Shown here: one piece after another, positions 49,091 through 58,930 of the stretch
How positions within the stretch are numbered: the first letter of the stretch is position 1
Layout: the number at the start of each line of letters is the position of its first letter
DNA from: Candidatus Bathyarchaeota archaeon
Lineage (GTDB): Archaea > Thermoproteota > CALKCG01 > B24 > DRYS01
Assembly (NCBI GenBank): GCA_018396535.1
Contig: JAGTQC010000003.1
Location: 96,001 to 160,000 of the forward strand
DNA: 64,000 nt
Direction: 5' to 3'
Position numbers and translations under genes: made by a program
The notes under the pieces: generated by a model
Seen by the model: the letters and a program-made list of their open reading frames with translations, nothing else
The model's database searches: none
What the model was told of the DNA's origin: nothing

Positions 49091-50587
49091 TTAGCTTAAG
49101 CATATCTTAATTTTAGTATCCAAATCTATGTTATCAAATCTAAATGAGACTATACTATCTCTAAATGCTGATAGATCCACGTATTCACCATACTTTATCG
49201 TATAATGGTCTTCCTCTGCCTTAAGGACTGGTAGACTTACGTCATAAGAATATATGGTAAGTTTAGTATACTTATCCCTCCTTGGATAGATAACGATCCT
49301 AGGGTTTTTATAACCGTATAAAGGTATGCCGCCCCATGGCATGTCTCTTATATGTTTACCGAGTAGCTGGAAGTATACAGGTTTAGCTATAGAGGTTAAT
49401 AGCTTACCCTGATCTAATGCTATAAGTTCTCTCGTACCTGTATCATTAGGAGTAGCGTCCTCTGCTGCGAGATTTGCTTCATTCGACAGAGCTACGATCA
49501 ATCTATCACCTATACTTTCGAATCCCGTTATTCTTGCTCCAGCAGTAAACACTATACGTGCTATTGGAGGAGTTATGTAAAGTAGTATCGATGGACCAAC
49601 TATGAAGTTGAAAAACTCTTTAAGCTTCTCTTCAAACTCGTTTCTAGGATGCACTATTCCATGCGTATAACTATTAAAAGCTACGAGTATACCTCCAGCT
49701 ATCGATTTAGCCATAGTTCTAGAAGGACTATACCCTGTATATCCGAAATCAAAGAGTCTTACAAAAGTTAATCCGTCGATATCACCTATAGGATCACCTA
49801 TTATCGCACCACCTCTAACGAAGAAGAAGATGCGTGAATAGGCTGAGGTAGCGCATCCGGAATATGGCCACCATACAGTTCCACCATCTATAGACGCCTC
49901 TCTGTAGTCTATCTCCTTCACTTCAAGACTCTTAGTAACGAGATCTATCGTCTGTATAGCTTCAACACCTTTCACCCAACTTCTAGTAACGTCAAAGCAT
50001 ACTTGATCGAGATACCTTGTACCTTTTAAACCAGGTATACAGCTTATACACTTCATATAACCCCCCCTTCTATCTATATAGTATATACCTAGATTTCTAT
50101 GTCCATCAGCTCTACCCATGAATAATCCATCGCCTACAGGATCGTATATTATCTCCGATACTTCACCAGTCCATTCTGTTTCATGTCTTATAGAATCTGT
50201 CCATAAGACCTTCACCCTATCCTCACATACATTGTATGAATGTAGATGGCTAAACTTATTATGGAAAAGTATCCTCCCTCTTCTATCAACCTTACCCGAA
50301 TATATCGCTGGTGCATGGACCCATCCTCCAAAGTATATTTCATCATCTATAGTCTCAACTGCGTTATACGTATCCCCGCCTGAGCGTGGACCATGCCCCT
50401 CTCCCACGAGATCAAATCCATATACTCTACTCCGATTTAATCCTATGAAGTAGGCTTCAGCTTCAAAAGCCAGCGTGAAGTATAGTATACCCTTATAGTA
50501 TCTAAGTCCAAATATGCCTCCCGACCCCCATTCAGGACTATATCGTGGATTATACCGAAAATCCATTATTCTATCGATTAAATTCAT
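49091..50587 (-). CDS. DUF2139 family archaeal protein
   Basis: PRY.PEWGSGGIFGL, SGGDTYNAV, FGGWVHAP, WGGIPL.GY. Confidence 0.75.
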   Translation of the reverse strand: MNLIDRIMDFRYNPRYSPEWGSGGIFGLRYYKGILYFTLAFEAEAYFIGLNRSRVYGFDLVGEGHGPRSGGDTYNAVETIDDEIYFGGWVHAPAIYSGKVDRRGRILFHNKFSHLHSYNVCEDRVKVLWTDSIRHETEWTGEVSEIIYDPVGDGLFMGRADGHRNLGIYYIDRRGGYMKCISCIPGLKGTRYLDQVCFDVTRSWVKGVEAIQTIDLVTKSLEVKEIDYREASIDGGTVWWPYSGCATSAYSRIFFFVRGGAIIGDPIGDIDGLTFVRLFDFGYTGYSPSRTMAKSIAGGILVAFNSYTHGIVHPRNEFEEKLKEFFNFIVGPSILLYITPPIARIVFTAGARITGFESIGDRLIVALSNEANLAAEDATPNDTGTRELIALDQGKLLTSIAKPVYFQLLGKHIRDMPWGGIPLYGYKNPRIVIYPRRDKYTKLTIYSYDVSLPVLKAEEDHYTIKYGEYVDLSAFRDSIVSFRFDNIDLDTKIKICLS

Positions 50588-50628
50588 TGAATAAACCTTT
50601 CATTAACCTGGTTTTTAATATTTACGGT

Positions 50629-51852
50629 TTACTCTCCATAACCTTTAACCATAAATATAAAGTCGTCTACTCCATCAGAGTATATAGAGGCTACTAGTGT
50701 ATCACCAACTTTTATGATGGTATCAGGCTTCGCTCTTATCCATCTTCCATCCCTCATAATCGCGACGATCCATACACCTGTACTACTCTGCATACTTATC
50801 TCTTTCAAAGTTTTACCAATTATAGGCGACCCTTCTGGGACATCTACCTTAACTATTACTTCATCTGCCTCCTCCAAGCTTTTCTTCAATACTGGATGTA
50901 GTCCTCGAGCTGAAATCAACGTATCCGCTATTTTAGCTGCAGCATCAGCTATTTCTTCAGTTGCTAGGGACATTCTTATTAATCCTAGGACACCCTTTGT
51001 ATCATCTAGCATAGGCTTCATAGATAATATATATAGCTCAAACTCGGTATGCTTCTCATCCATATACTCCTCTAAGAATAAAACTTCCTCTGCAAGTTCA
51101 CTACTACCTAGCAATATCGATGAGTATGCTAGATCTAGCATAAGCTCTGATGTATCCTTAAGCTCTACAAGCTTTTTAACAGCTTCCTCCAGCTCCTTAG
51201 GAGTAATTCCTTCAATACCTGTATACCTGCACTCCACCTCCTCCCCTACCTCTTCAAGCTCTTCTATACTTTTAGCAGTCCCCCTCGCGTATAATACATC
51301 CCCTTCTATTATCACATCATCTTCATCAGGATCCACTATCAAATTCTTCCCTCTCCTTATAGCTATTATATCAACGCCTATATCTGATAGTATCTTTGAA
51401 CCTCCTATTTTCGTACCAGCTAGCTCTGAATCTGTTTTCACTCTAATGCACGTAAGCTTCTCGCTTGCACGGCTAAATGCTTCTCTTACTAATGGGTGCA
51501 CTTTTATCTTCTTGAGAGTGATTATTGCTAAATCTCCAGCTGCATCTGATATCTTATCGATAGCCGATGCTATACTAAGTATCGGTAGCAGGTTTTCAGC
51601 ATCTTTCACACTTCTACTCGCTGCCATACAGTTTATCTGTAGAAGTTTAACTAGATAATCCATCCTCTTCTCCAACTCCAACACTTCCTCTGCAAGTTCT
51701 TCATCATCGAATAATATCGATGAGTATGCTAGATCTAGCATAAGCTCTGATGTATCCTTAAGCTCTATTAGGAGCTCTCTAACAGGTATAGGCTTATAAG
51801 AGATCTTCTCCTCATCCTCATTGTGAGAGTTGAATTCTGAAATACGTTTCAA
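50629..51852 (-). CDS. tandem PhoU + TrkA-C (RCK_C) domain protein
   Basis: Two repeats of ELKDTSELMLDLAYSSIL...IADAA followed by RCK_C (IIAIRRG, IVAIMRDG). Confidence 0.85.
   Translation of the reverse strand: MKRISEFNSHNEDEEKISYKPIPVRELLIELKDTSELMLDLAYSSILFDDEELAEEVLELEKRMDYLVKLLQINCMAASRSVKDAENLLPILSIASAIDKISDAAGDLAIITLKKIKVHPLVREAFSRASEKLTCIRVKTDSELAGTKIGGSKILSDIGVDIIAIRRGKNLIVDPDEDDVIIEGDVLYARGTAKSIEELEEVGEEVECRYTGIEGITPKELEEAVKKLVELKDTSELMLDLAYSSILLGSSELAEEVLFLEEYMDEKHTEFELYILSMKPMLDDTKGVLGLIRMSLATEEIADAAAKIADTLISARGLHPVLKKSLEEADEVIVKVDVPEGSPIIGKTLKEISMQSSTGVWIVAIMRDGRWIRAKPDTIIKVGDTLVASIYSDGVDDFIFMVKGYGE
51113..51167. repeat. 55-bp exact intragenic repeat (second copy at 51713-51767, exactly 600 bp away)
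   Basis: aatatcgatgagtatgctagatctagcataagctctgatgtatccttaagctcta present twice. Confidence 0.95.
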
Positions 51853-51962
51853 TTTACCCTTTTCCTGTTATGATTTTTCGACCCTATCTTCTAAATAAAT
51901 TTTTAGGTTAGTATTACACCACTACGTCTAGGTCCAGATATCCCCCTAGTAGAGTACTTAGA

Positions 51963-53159
51963 GTGTGGATCCTAGCTATGACGAAGAGAGTAGATTCGGA
52001 TGGTAGGAGACTTAAAGTATTCAAAGAGACCTTATTAGCACTTCAAACAGACCTAGGGGGTCTCCTTGCTGGTAGTATAGCGGCTCTTTGGATCTCCGCG
52101 TTAACAGCCTATTATTGGACTGTGATTCTCTACCCTATGATTTTAAGTGTTAGAGGGGCTATCAACGGTATTTTAAGCGGAAGACTGAGTACTGGACTGC
52201 ATCTAAAACTTGTAAACCCGAAGCTTAAGGAGAATACAGAATATTTTCACGCCATCCTATCTGCTCTATTTACCACAACAATGCTTATGAGTATTCTAGG
52301 TAGCTTCATAGTATTCTTACTCTCGCATATACTTTACGGTATAGAACTTCAACTTCTCCCTATAATAATATCCGTAGCTATAGTATCGCAGTATGCTACC
52401 ACTCTAATAACAGAACCCTTAACATCTTTTCTTTCATTTACATTCTATAAACGTGGAATAGATCCGGATGTAGTAACTTACCCTATTTCATCTACAATGA
52501 CTGATATAGTGGTTACCTTCATGTATATTTCAGCAATACTTTCCGCTATAAAGGGTTATACATGGATCATATTCTTTCTAACATTAGTATTCGTATCTGC
52601 AACCATCTACATAATCTTTAGTTTCAGAAAGAATGAGGATTATACAAGGATTATACGTGAAGCTTTCTTCGTTGTCTGTATAACCTTGCTTATATCCTCT
52701 ATTGGAGGAGTGTTTCTATCTAGAATTAGAAGAATTATCGAAGAAAAACCTGGTGTAGTAGTCGTTTATCCAGCACTTATAGATACGATAGGAGATATAG
52801 GAGCAAGCTTTGGATCCATGTGTACTACAAGGATTATGTTAGGTTTAATCGAATTAAAGATTAGAGGTGTTATAAAGCTTCTATGGGAGATCATTCAGAT
52901 GGTATCTGCTGCATTGATAATGTTCATACTATACTCGATGTTATCTTTCGTTGCTGGTGGAGGCTTCGTCTCGATTCTAGCTGTACTTTTAACATTCCTC
53001 CTAGTTGCACCGTTTACAATCGTTTTCTCATTTATTATGGCGATAGTTACTTTTAGATTCGGTTTAGATCCTGATGATTTTGTAATACCTTTAGAAACGA
53101 CGTTTACCGATATGGCGTTAACTGTTGCTCTATCGTCGATTCTGTACGTAATGGCTTAG
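51963..53159 (+). CDS. MgtE/SLC41-like divalent cation transporter (duplicated MgtE domain)
   Basis: RGAINGILSGRLSTGLHL, GIDPDVV..P...TD, GLDPDDFVIP...TD. Confidence 0.85.
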   Translation: MWILAMTKRVDSDGRRLKVFKETLLALQTDLGGLLAGSIAALWISALTAYYWTVILYPMILSVRGAINGILSGRLSTGLHLKLVNPKLKENTEYFHAILSALFTTTMLMSILGSFIVFLLSHILYGIELQLLPIIISVAIVSQYATTLITEPLTSFLSFTFYKRGIDPDVVTYPISSTMTDIVVTFMYISAILSAIKGYTWIIFFLTLVFVSATIYIIFSFRKNEDYTRIIREAFFVVCITLLISSIGGVFLSRIRRIIEEKPGVVVVYPALIDTIGDIGASFGSMCTTRIMLGLIELKIRGVIKLLWEIIQMVSAALIMFILYSMLSFVAGGGFVSILAVLLTFLLVAPFTIVFSFIMAIVTFRFGLDPDDFVIPLETTFTDMALTVALSSILYVMA

Positions 53160-53322
53160 ATATAAGTTCTTTTCCATGCTCAGACACTCTATGATTAATA
53201 CATATTTTACCTTATATAATACTACAATTTATATTGTATTACTATGGATATTTAACTTCTAGATATTCATAGTAACAAGTTTAGTTTCTATAAATTTGTC
53301 ATTTATTTCAAATCATTAGAAT

Positions 53323-54453
53323 TTATATCAATCCTAGTTCTTCAAATACATATATTTTAATATTCTGTGGTTTTCTAGCTACTTCAGCCATCCTACGGCC
53401 TACTACTACATTAATTTTCTTTTTAAGAGCTAGATCAAGTATTCTTTGTGATATTACCCCATCGAATACTATAGCTCTTACATTTTCAACAGATTCTAGT
53501 CTTTCGGCTAACTGACTTACAGATACCCTTTCCATAACATCACCTTTCTCATTTAATAGTAATCCTTCAAGTGTATCCTTCACATCGGATGCAAGTTTCT
53601 TCAAGAGATCTACATTAAGTTCTACCCCTCTATAGGCTTCTATGGGTACTTTCCGTTCTAGAATTTCGAGTATCTCTTTCGGTGTTAGATCTTCAACCTC
53701 TCTTCCCGATGGTGCTCTAGCTACATAATCTATTTTAATATCTCTTTGCAAAAGTTCTTGTAAGATTAGGTCGCCAGCTCTATCACCATCTAAGAGAACA
53801 GTAACTTCCCTCTTACTCTTTGTTAATTTAGCTACTGATTCAGGTATCTTAACGCCTTCTATAGATACCACATTTTCTATACCTGCTCTAAGTAGGTTTA
53901 TAACATCAGCACGACCTTCAACAAGTATAAGCGTGTCATCTTGAAGAGCTTTAGGACCCATAGGTATATCCTCTTCGCCAAACGATATAACCTCAGCTTT
54001 ACCAGATGCAACCTTCTCCAGTTCTCTACGTATATTCTCTATAGTTGTAGCCGAATCTATATTCCAACTCTGCAAGATCTCCTTCGCTCTTTTAACGATG
54101 AATTTAAGCTTCTCTTCTCTAACATCTTCTATCCTATCTAACTTTATCTCCGCTTTATATGGACCTACCCTATCTATGCTTTCAAGTGAAGCTGCTATTA
54201 GTGCTACCGAAACTCTATCTAGCGAAGTGGGTATTATAACCTCTCCTACTGTCTTATTCTGCTTCTTCGAAAGTTTTATCTCTATCCTTCCAACTCTACC
54301 ATTCTTCTGAAGTTCTCTAAGATCGAGTTCAGCCCCAAAGAGCCCCTCAGTCTGACCGAAAATAGCTCCTACAACATCCGGTTTCTCGACTAACCCATCT
54401 ACTTCGAACCTAGCGTAAACGATATACTTGAGAGATAAGCTTTGTTCACTCAT
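53323..54453 (-). CDS. dnaG: archaeal DnaG (primase-like, exosome-associated)
   Basis: VEKPDVVGAIFGQTEGL.G.ELDLRELQK.GR.GRI, VEGRADV, DGDRAG. Confidence 0.95.
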   Translation of the reverse strand: MSEQSLSLKYIVYARFEVDGLVEKPDVVGAIFGQTEGLFGAELDLRELQKNGRVGRIEIKLSKKQNKTVGEVIIPTSLDRVSVALIAASLESIDRVGPYKAEIKLDRIEDVREEKLKFIVKRAKEILQSWNIDSATTIENIRRELEKVASGKAEVISFGEEDIPMGPKALQDDTLILVEGRADVINLLRAGIENVVSIEGVKIPESVAKLTKSKREVTVLLDGDRAGDLILQELLQRDIKIDYVARAPSGREVEDLTPKEILEILERKVPIEAYRGVELNVDLLKKLASDVKDTLEGLLLNEKGDVMERVSVSQLAERLESVENVRAIVFDGVISQRILDLALKKKINVVVGRRMAEVARKPQNIKIYVFEELGLI

Positions 54454-54689
54454 ACCCTACACCAGTATACTGTAAGTTAAGTAGAGATGGAAATCTCGCT
54501 AAAAAATATTTTGACTTAAGCATTATGAATCTTAGGTGAACCTCTCGTTCTGATAACCTTACCTAGATTAAACTAGCATTGTATTCTTACTTTTTCATCA
54601 ATTACTAAAAATATAACTATATAAGTTTTACTATTGTGTATTAAGTGTATCTATTCATAATTCTATGTAAATTGGATCATTTAGTTAAG

Positions 54690-54797
54690 TCGGGGGCGGC
54701 TGTGTCCCCATACACTAACGGCCAGATTTCATCGACCGGGTGCTCCACCCTGCTCCATCCGGTACTCTTCGTATGGGGCTTAATACGCCGCCCCCGA
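54690..54797. ncRNA. candidate ~108-nt structured ncRNA
   Basis: GC-rich island in an AT-rich intergenic region; 11-bp terminal stem TCGGGGGCGGC/GCCGCCCCCGA, internal loop, 8-bp CCCCATAC/GTATGGGG, inner ACCGG/CCGGT. Confidence 0.55.
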
Positions 54798-54837
54798 GAT
54801 AAAGTTATTAGGGCTCCCTACGAATTAAGGTTTATCT

Positions 54838-55932
54838 TTGAGGGAGATAGCGGTGGATGTAGAGGATAAACTCCGCATAATCACTAGAGGGCTAGAGGAG
54901 GTTATAACAGAATCTAGACTTAGATCGATGCTAGATGAAGGGAGAAAGCTTAAGGGTTATATTGGCGTGGAACCCTCAGGTTTATTCTCCATCGGATGGC
55001 TTATATGGGCTGAGAAGTTTAAGGAACTTGTAGATTTAGGTATAGATATGATCTTATTAGAGGCAACATGGCATGCATGGGTAAACGATAAACTTGGAGG
55101 TAATCTTGAGAATATAAGACTTTGCGCTGATTACATAGAGCATTGCCTTAAAGCTATAGGTGTAGATATGAGTAGAGTTCAACTCATCAGAGCTGATAGT
55201 ATCGTAGAAGATTCAGATTACTGGGCTCTAGTATTGAAAGTCGCTAAGAATCTTAGTTTAGCTAGGGTTAAGAGAGCTATAACTATAATGGGTAGGAAAT
55301 CTAGTGAAGCATCCATGGATTTCTCGAAGCTTATATACCCATGTATGCAGGTATCCGATATATTTTACCTTGGATTAGATATATGTCTAGGAGGTATGGA
55401 TCAGAGAAGAGCTCACGTATTAGCTATAGAAATTGCTGAGAAGCTCGGTTATAGGAAGCCTATAGCGTTACATACACCGCTCTTAATAGGTTTATCAGGT
55501 GTTGGTAGGATGGATGTAGCTAGTATGAGTGAGGATGACTGGGTTTCTGTTAAGATGAGTAAATCCAAGCCTGAAACCTGCATATTCATTCACGATAGTG
55601 AGGATGCGATTAGAGGTAAGATTATGAAAGCATACTGCCCTCCGAGAGAAGTTAAAGGTAACCCTATAACTGAGATATGTAGACTTATAATTTTTAGAAA
55701 AGATGGATATAAGCTTACGGTAAAGAGAAGAAATGCTCCTTGCTTAGAAGTTGAATCCTACAGTGAACTTGAATCCATGTATATTAAGGGGGATATTCAT
55801 CCACTAGACTTAAAGGAAGCTGTAGCCGAAGCCTTAATAGAAAGACTTAAGCCAATCAGAGACTATTTCAATAGTAAGAGCGATGCATATAAGTTACTTA
55901 AGGTTGTAGAGTGTATGAGTATAACGAGGTGA
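54838..55932 (+). CDS. tyrS: tyrosyl-tRNA synthetase
   Basis: YIGVEPSG, ATWHAWVNDKLGG, YPCMQVSDIF, GGMDQRRAH, KMSKS. Confidence 0.95.
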   Translation: MREIAVDVEDKLRIITRGLEEVITESRLRSMLDEGRKLKGYIGVEPSGLFSIGWLIWAEKFKELVDLGIDMILLEATWHAWVNDKLGGNLENIRLCADYIEHCLKAIGVDMSRVQLIRADSIVEDSDYWALVLKVAKNLSLARVKRAITIMGRKSSEASMDFSKLIYPCMQVSDIFYLGLDICLGGMDQRRAHVLAIEIAEKLGYRKPIALHTPLLIGLSGVGRMDVASMSEDDWVSVKMSKSKPETCIFIHDSEDAIRGKIMKAYCPPREVKGNPITEICRLIIFRKDGYKLTVKRRNAPCLEVESYSELESMYIKGDIHPLDLKEAVAEALIERLKPIRDYFNSKSDAYKLLKVVECMSITR

Positions 55933-55938
55933 ACCTTA

Positions 55939-56334
55939 TTGAATCGATGTATGATGGAACGTTATGAGGAAGCTTATAGAATCCTAAAGGAGATGGAATC
56001 CTATTGTAACGGTAAGATTCTTCTAGTAGAAGGTGTTAAGGATCGTGAAGTTCTTAAAGCTTTAGGTTTGAATTTTAACATTTTAATTATTAGAAATGGT
56101 GAAAAACTGGAGAGTATATTTGAAAAATTAGAAAATATGGATGAAGTTGTCATACTTACAGATTTTGATCCCCAAGGTGTAGAGTTAGCATACAAGATAC
56201 TGAATAGACTAGAGTCAGTTGGTGTTAAAGTCAACTTAACATATTGGCTTAAACTTAGAAATCTATTAAAAAGCGAGATTAAAGATGTAGAGGGTTTAAG
56301 AAAGCTACTTGAAGTTCTACCCTTTATAAGGTAA
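55939..56334 (+). CDS. small Toprim domain protein
   Basis: LVEGVKD, ILTDFDPQG, KDVEGL. Confidence 0.85.
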   Translation: MNRCMMERYEEAYRILKEMESYCNGKILLVEGVKDREVLKALGLNFNILIIRNGEKLESIFEKLENMDEVVILTDFDPQGVELAYKILNRLESVGVKVNLTYWLKLRNLLKSEIKDVEGLRKLLEVLPFIR

Positions 56335-56394
56335 GGTTAACCTTCTCACTCAAAACATATATAGTCGTTTTAAGCATTATATGATCGAGGAGTT

Positions 56395-56679
56395 ATGATA
56401 ACGGTAGTTAAAAGGGATGGTAGGAGAGAGGAGTTTATACCTGAGAAGATAGTCGTAAGCTGTTTGAAATCGGGGGCCTCCCTTGATTCTGCTAGAAAGA
56501 TAGCTAAGATAGTAGAGGGTAGGATACTAGATCGTGGTTTAACAGAGATTTCAGCTAGAGAATTAACAAGAATGGTCTTAGATTTATTGAAGAAGGAGAA
56601 TGAGGAGTGGTATAGAAACTGGATAGTATTTGATAGAGCTGTTAAGAAGAGAGCTACAGAAGAGGAGATTAAAGCCTAA
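56395..56679 (+). CDS. standalone ATP-cone domain protein
   Basis: VVKRDGRREEFIPEKI; GAGGAG SD. Confidence 0.85.
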   Translation: MITVVKRDGRREEFIPEKIVVSCLKSGASLDSARKIAKIVEGRILDRGLTEISARELTRMVLDLLKKENEEWYRNWIVFDRAVKKRATEEEIKA

Positions 56680-56753
56680 GATAACTAGTGTAAACTAAGA
56701 TCGTATAGAAATTATGTCTATATCTAGGCTAGATTATCCTAGTGGGATAAGCT

Positions 56754-57437
56754 ATGTCTAGCTTTGATTCTATCCTAAAATATATTAAGGAGAATCTCAG
56801 GCTACCCATAGAATTGTATCTTAAGTTAGCTTCATACATTAGAGATATACTCGGCTTCGATACTGCTGGTCATGGATGGTTACACATCGATAGAGTTTCT
56901 AGATTAGCTATCAAAATAGCATTGAAGGAGGGTGGCGATCTAGACGTTATTATACTAGCAGCGCTACTACACGATATAGCTATCCTTAGGGAAATTGATG
57001 AAGGTATAGATCATGCTGAGGAAAGCGCTAAGATTGCGTACTCAATCCTCAGAAACTATAACGTTCCCGATGATATAATCGAGAAGGTCGTCTATAGTAT
57101 AAGAGTTCATAGATTCGGGGCTGGTATACCTCCAAATACTATCGAAGCTAAAATTCTTCAAGATGCTGATAGGCTGGATGCACTAGGTGCTGTAGGTATA
57201 GCTAGGGCGTTTACTTACGGTGGCTTTAGAAAGCTACCCATGTATATCCCTGGTGAGAAGCCTGAGGTATACGATCCATTTAAGCTTAAGTCTACTCTTA
57301 CGCATTTCTACGAGAAGATACTCAGATTAAAGGATGGTATGAATACAGAAACTGCTAGGCAGATAGCTGAAGATAGACATAGATTCGTACTAGTTTTTCT
57401 AGATAGGCTTCTACATGAAGTTGAGGGTGAGGTCTAG
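56754..57437 (+). CDS. HD domain phosphohydrolase
   Basis: H...HIDRV, LLHDI, DHAEESA, QDADRLDALGAVGIAR, HFYEKIL. Confidence 0.88.
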   Translation: MSSFDSILKYIKENLRLPIELYLKLASYIRDILGFDTAGHGWLHIDRVSRLAIKIALKEGGDLDVIILAALLHDIAILREIDEGIDHAEESAKIAYSILRNYNVPDDIIEKVVYSIRVHRFGAGIPPNTIEAKILQDADRLDALGAVGIARAFTYGGFRKLPMYIPGEKPEVYDPFKLKSTLTHFYEKILRLKDGMNTETARQIAEDRHRFVLVFLDRLLHEVEGEV

Positions 57438-57439
57438 TT

Positions 57440-58228
57440 ATGCTTAAGCTCATAGGGCTGGGACTGAATGTATACGGTATAACACTTGAAGGGTTATCTG
57501 AAGCTAGGTCTTGTGATAAAATATACGTAGAATTGTATACGAGTATCATACCTAATTTAAACTTAGATACTCTTAGACAAATCATAGGTAGGGACATAAC
57601 ATTACTTAAACGTAGGGATATTGAGGAAGGGTCTGATTATATCATAGAAGAAGCTGGTAGATATGATGTGGCACTATTAACTCCGGGAGATCCGCTTGTA
57701 GCTACTACGCATATATCCCTAGTAATTGAAGCACGCAGGAGAAGCATACCTGTGAAGATAGTTCACTCCTCCTCTATTATCTCAGCGATCTCTGGTGCTA
57801 CTGGTCTTCAAATATATAATTTTGGTAGAGTTATAACGTTAACCAGAGCTGCGGGCGGCTCCCTTCCTTTATCTGTATACGATGTCGTAGAAGATAACCT
57901 AGGTAGAGGTCTACATACGTTAATTCTCCTAGATATAGACGTAGAAGCTGGATATTGGATGAGTATAAGTGAAGCTGTAGGGATACTAGAAGCTATGGAG
58001 AGTATAGTTGGGAAAAACATATTTTCAAATGATAGGCTAACAGTAGGTGTCGCTAGAATTGGATCTACGGACGCTGTAGTTAAAGCTGATAAGTTATCTA
58101 AGATTAAATATTATGATTTTGGAGGTCCTCCACATAGCTTAGTTATTCCTGGTAGGCTACACTTTATGGAGGTTAAAGCATTAATATGTCTCGCGGATGC
58201 TCCTCAGGATCTCTTGAAGATAGCTTAA
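57440..58228 (+). CDS. dph5: diphthine synthase
   Basis: LIGLGL, ELYTS, GDPLVATTH, GLQIYNFG, GLHTLILLD, GGPPHSLVIPG.LHFME. Confidence 0.95.
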   Translation: MLKLIGLGLNVYGITLEGLSEARSCDKIYVELYTSIIPNLNLDTLRQIIGRDITLLKRRDIEEGSDYIIEEAGRYDVALLTPGDPLVATTHISLVIEARRRSIPVKIVHSSSIISAISGATGLQIYNFGRVITLTRAAGGSLPLSVYDVVEDNLGRGLHTLILLDIDVEAGYWMSISEAVGILEAMESIVGKNIFSNDRLTVGVARIGSTDAVVKADKLSKIKYYDFGGPPHSLVIPGRLHFMEVKALICLADAPQDLLKIA

Positions 58229-58476
58229 AGACTAGAGCTTTAAGGTATATAGAGAATATGCGTAGGATCCTATCGGAGGTTGAAGTTACGCAAACAGCTA
58301 TAGCTATCGATCCGTTAGAGGTTGAGAAACTATTGGATTGGGTTAGAAATTACGTAGAGGACTCATACCATTTCCTAGATAAAGGGGATTTAGCTTCAAG
58401 TTTAGTAGCTATATGTTATGCTGAAGGTATAATGGAAGCTTTAAGACTTCTCGGATTAGCTAGATTCGAGTGGTGA
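58186..58476 (+). CDS. DUF357 family protein
   Basis: YVEDSYHFLDKGD...SL..I.YAEG..EAL..LG; usual neighbour of dph5; start uncertain. Confidence 0.75.
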   Translation: MSRGCSSGSLEDSLKTRALRYIENMRRILSEVEVTQTAIAIDPLEVEKLLDWVRNYVEDSYHFLDKGDLASSLVAICYAEGIMEALRLLGLARFEW

Positions 58477-58482
58477 ACATGT

Positions 58483-58923
58483 ATGGGTAGGAGGGTTATA
58501 GCATCTGGAGTTTTTGATATAGTACATATGGGGCATATCTACTTTCTAAAGAAGGCTAAGGAAATAGCTGGCTGTGATGGGGAGCTTATAGTCGTGGTAG
58601 CTAGAGATTCTACTGTGAAAGCTAAGACTGGTAGACTACCTATCATACCTGAGGAGGAGAGGCGTGCGATAGTAGAGGAGCTAAAGTCGGTTGATCGAGC
58701 AGTCTTAGGATATGAACCCCCTTCTATCCGTAGGATAATAGAGGAGTATAAACCTGATGTGATAGTTTTAGGATATGATCAAGATGAAATCGAGAAAGAG
58801 GTTAGAAAGATTGTGGAGGATCTAGGTATTGGTATAGAAATAGTTAAGTTAGGTAGGTTTACATCTTCAAGTATATTAAGCTCCACTGATATTAGAGAGA
58901 GACTTTCATCTTATAGGAGGTAA
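58483..58923 (+). CDS. ribL: archaeal FAD synthase
   Basis: GVFDIVHMGH, VVVARD, PDVIVLGYDQ, SSTDIR; adjacent to ribK. Confidence 0.85.
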   Translation: MGRRVIASGVFDIVHMGHIYFLKKAKEIAGCDGELIVVVARDSTVKAKTGRLPIIPEEERRAIVEELKSVDRAVLGYEPPSIRRIIEEYKPDVIVLGYDQDEIEKEVRKIVEDLGIGIEIVKLGRFTSSSILSSTDIRERLSSYRR

Positions 58924-58930
58924 TGGATAG

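Noticed and set aside
50714-51658. 314-aa antisense ORF
   Set aside because: Ser-rich shadow of the PhoU/TrkA-C gene with no domain motifs
53160-53322. AT-rich intergenic stretches (also 28385-28539 and 54454-54689) as a replication origin
   Set aside because: No ORB-like repeats and no cdc6/orc1 nearby
54690-54797. tRNA, RNase P or SRP identity for the hairpin
   Set aside because: No TTC-loop or cloverleaf; too short and lacks the RNase P GAGGAA..TCC motif; no SRP helix-8 motif
54645-54869. 74-aa ORF upstream of tyrS
   Set aside because: Spans the hairpin element and tyrS promoter, has atypical codons and no SD
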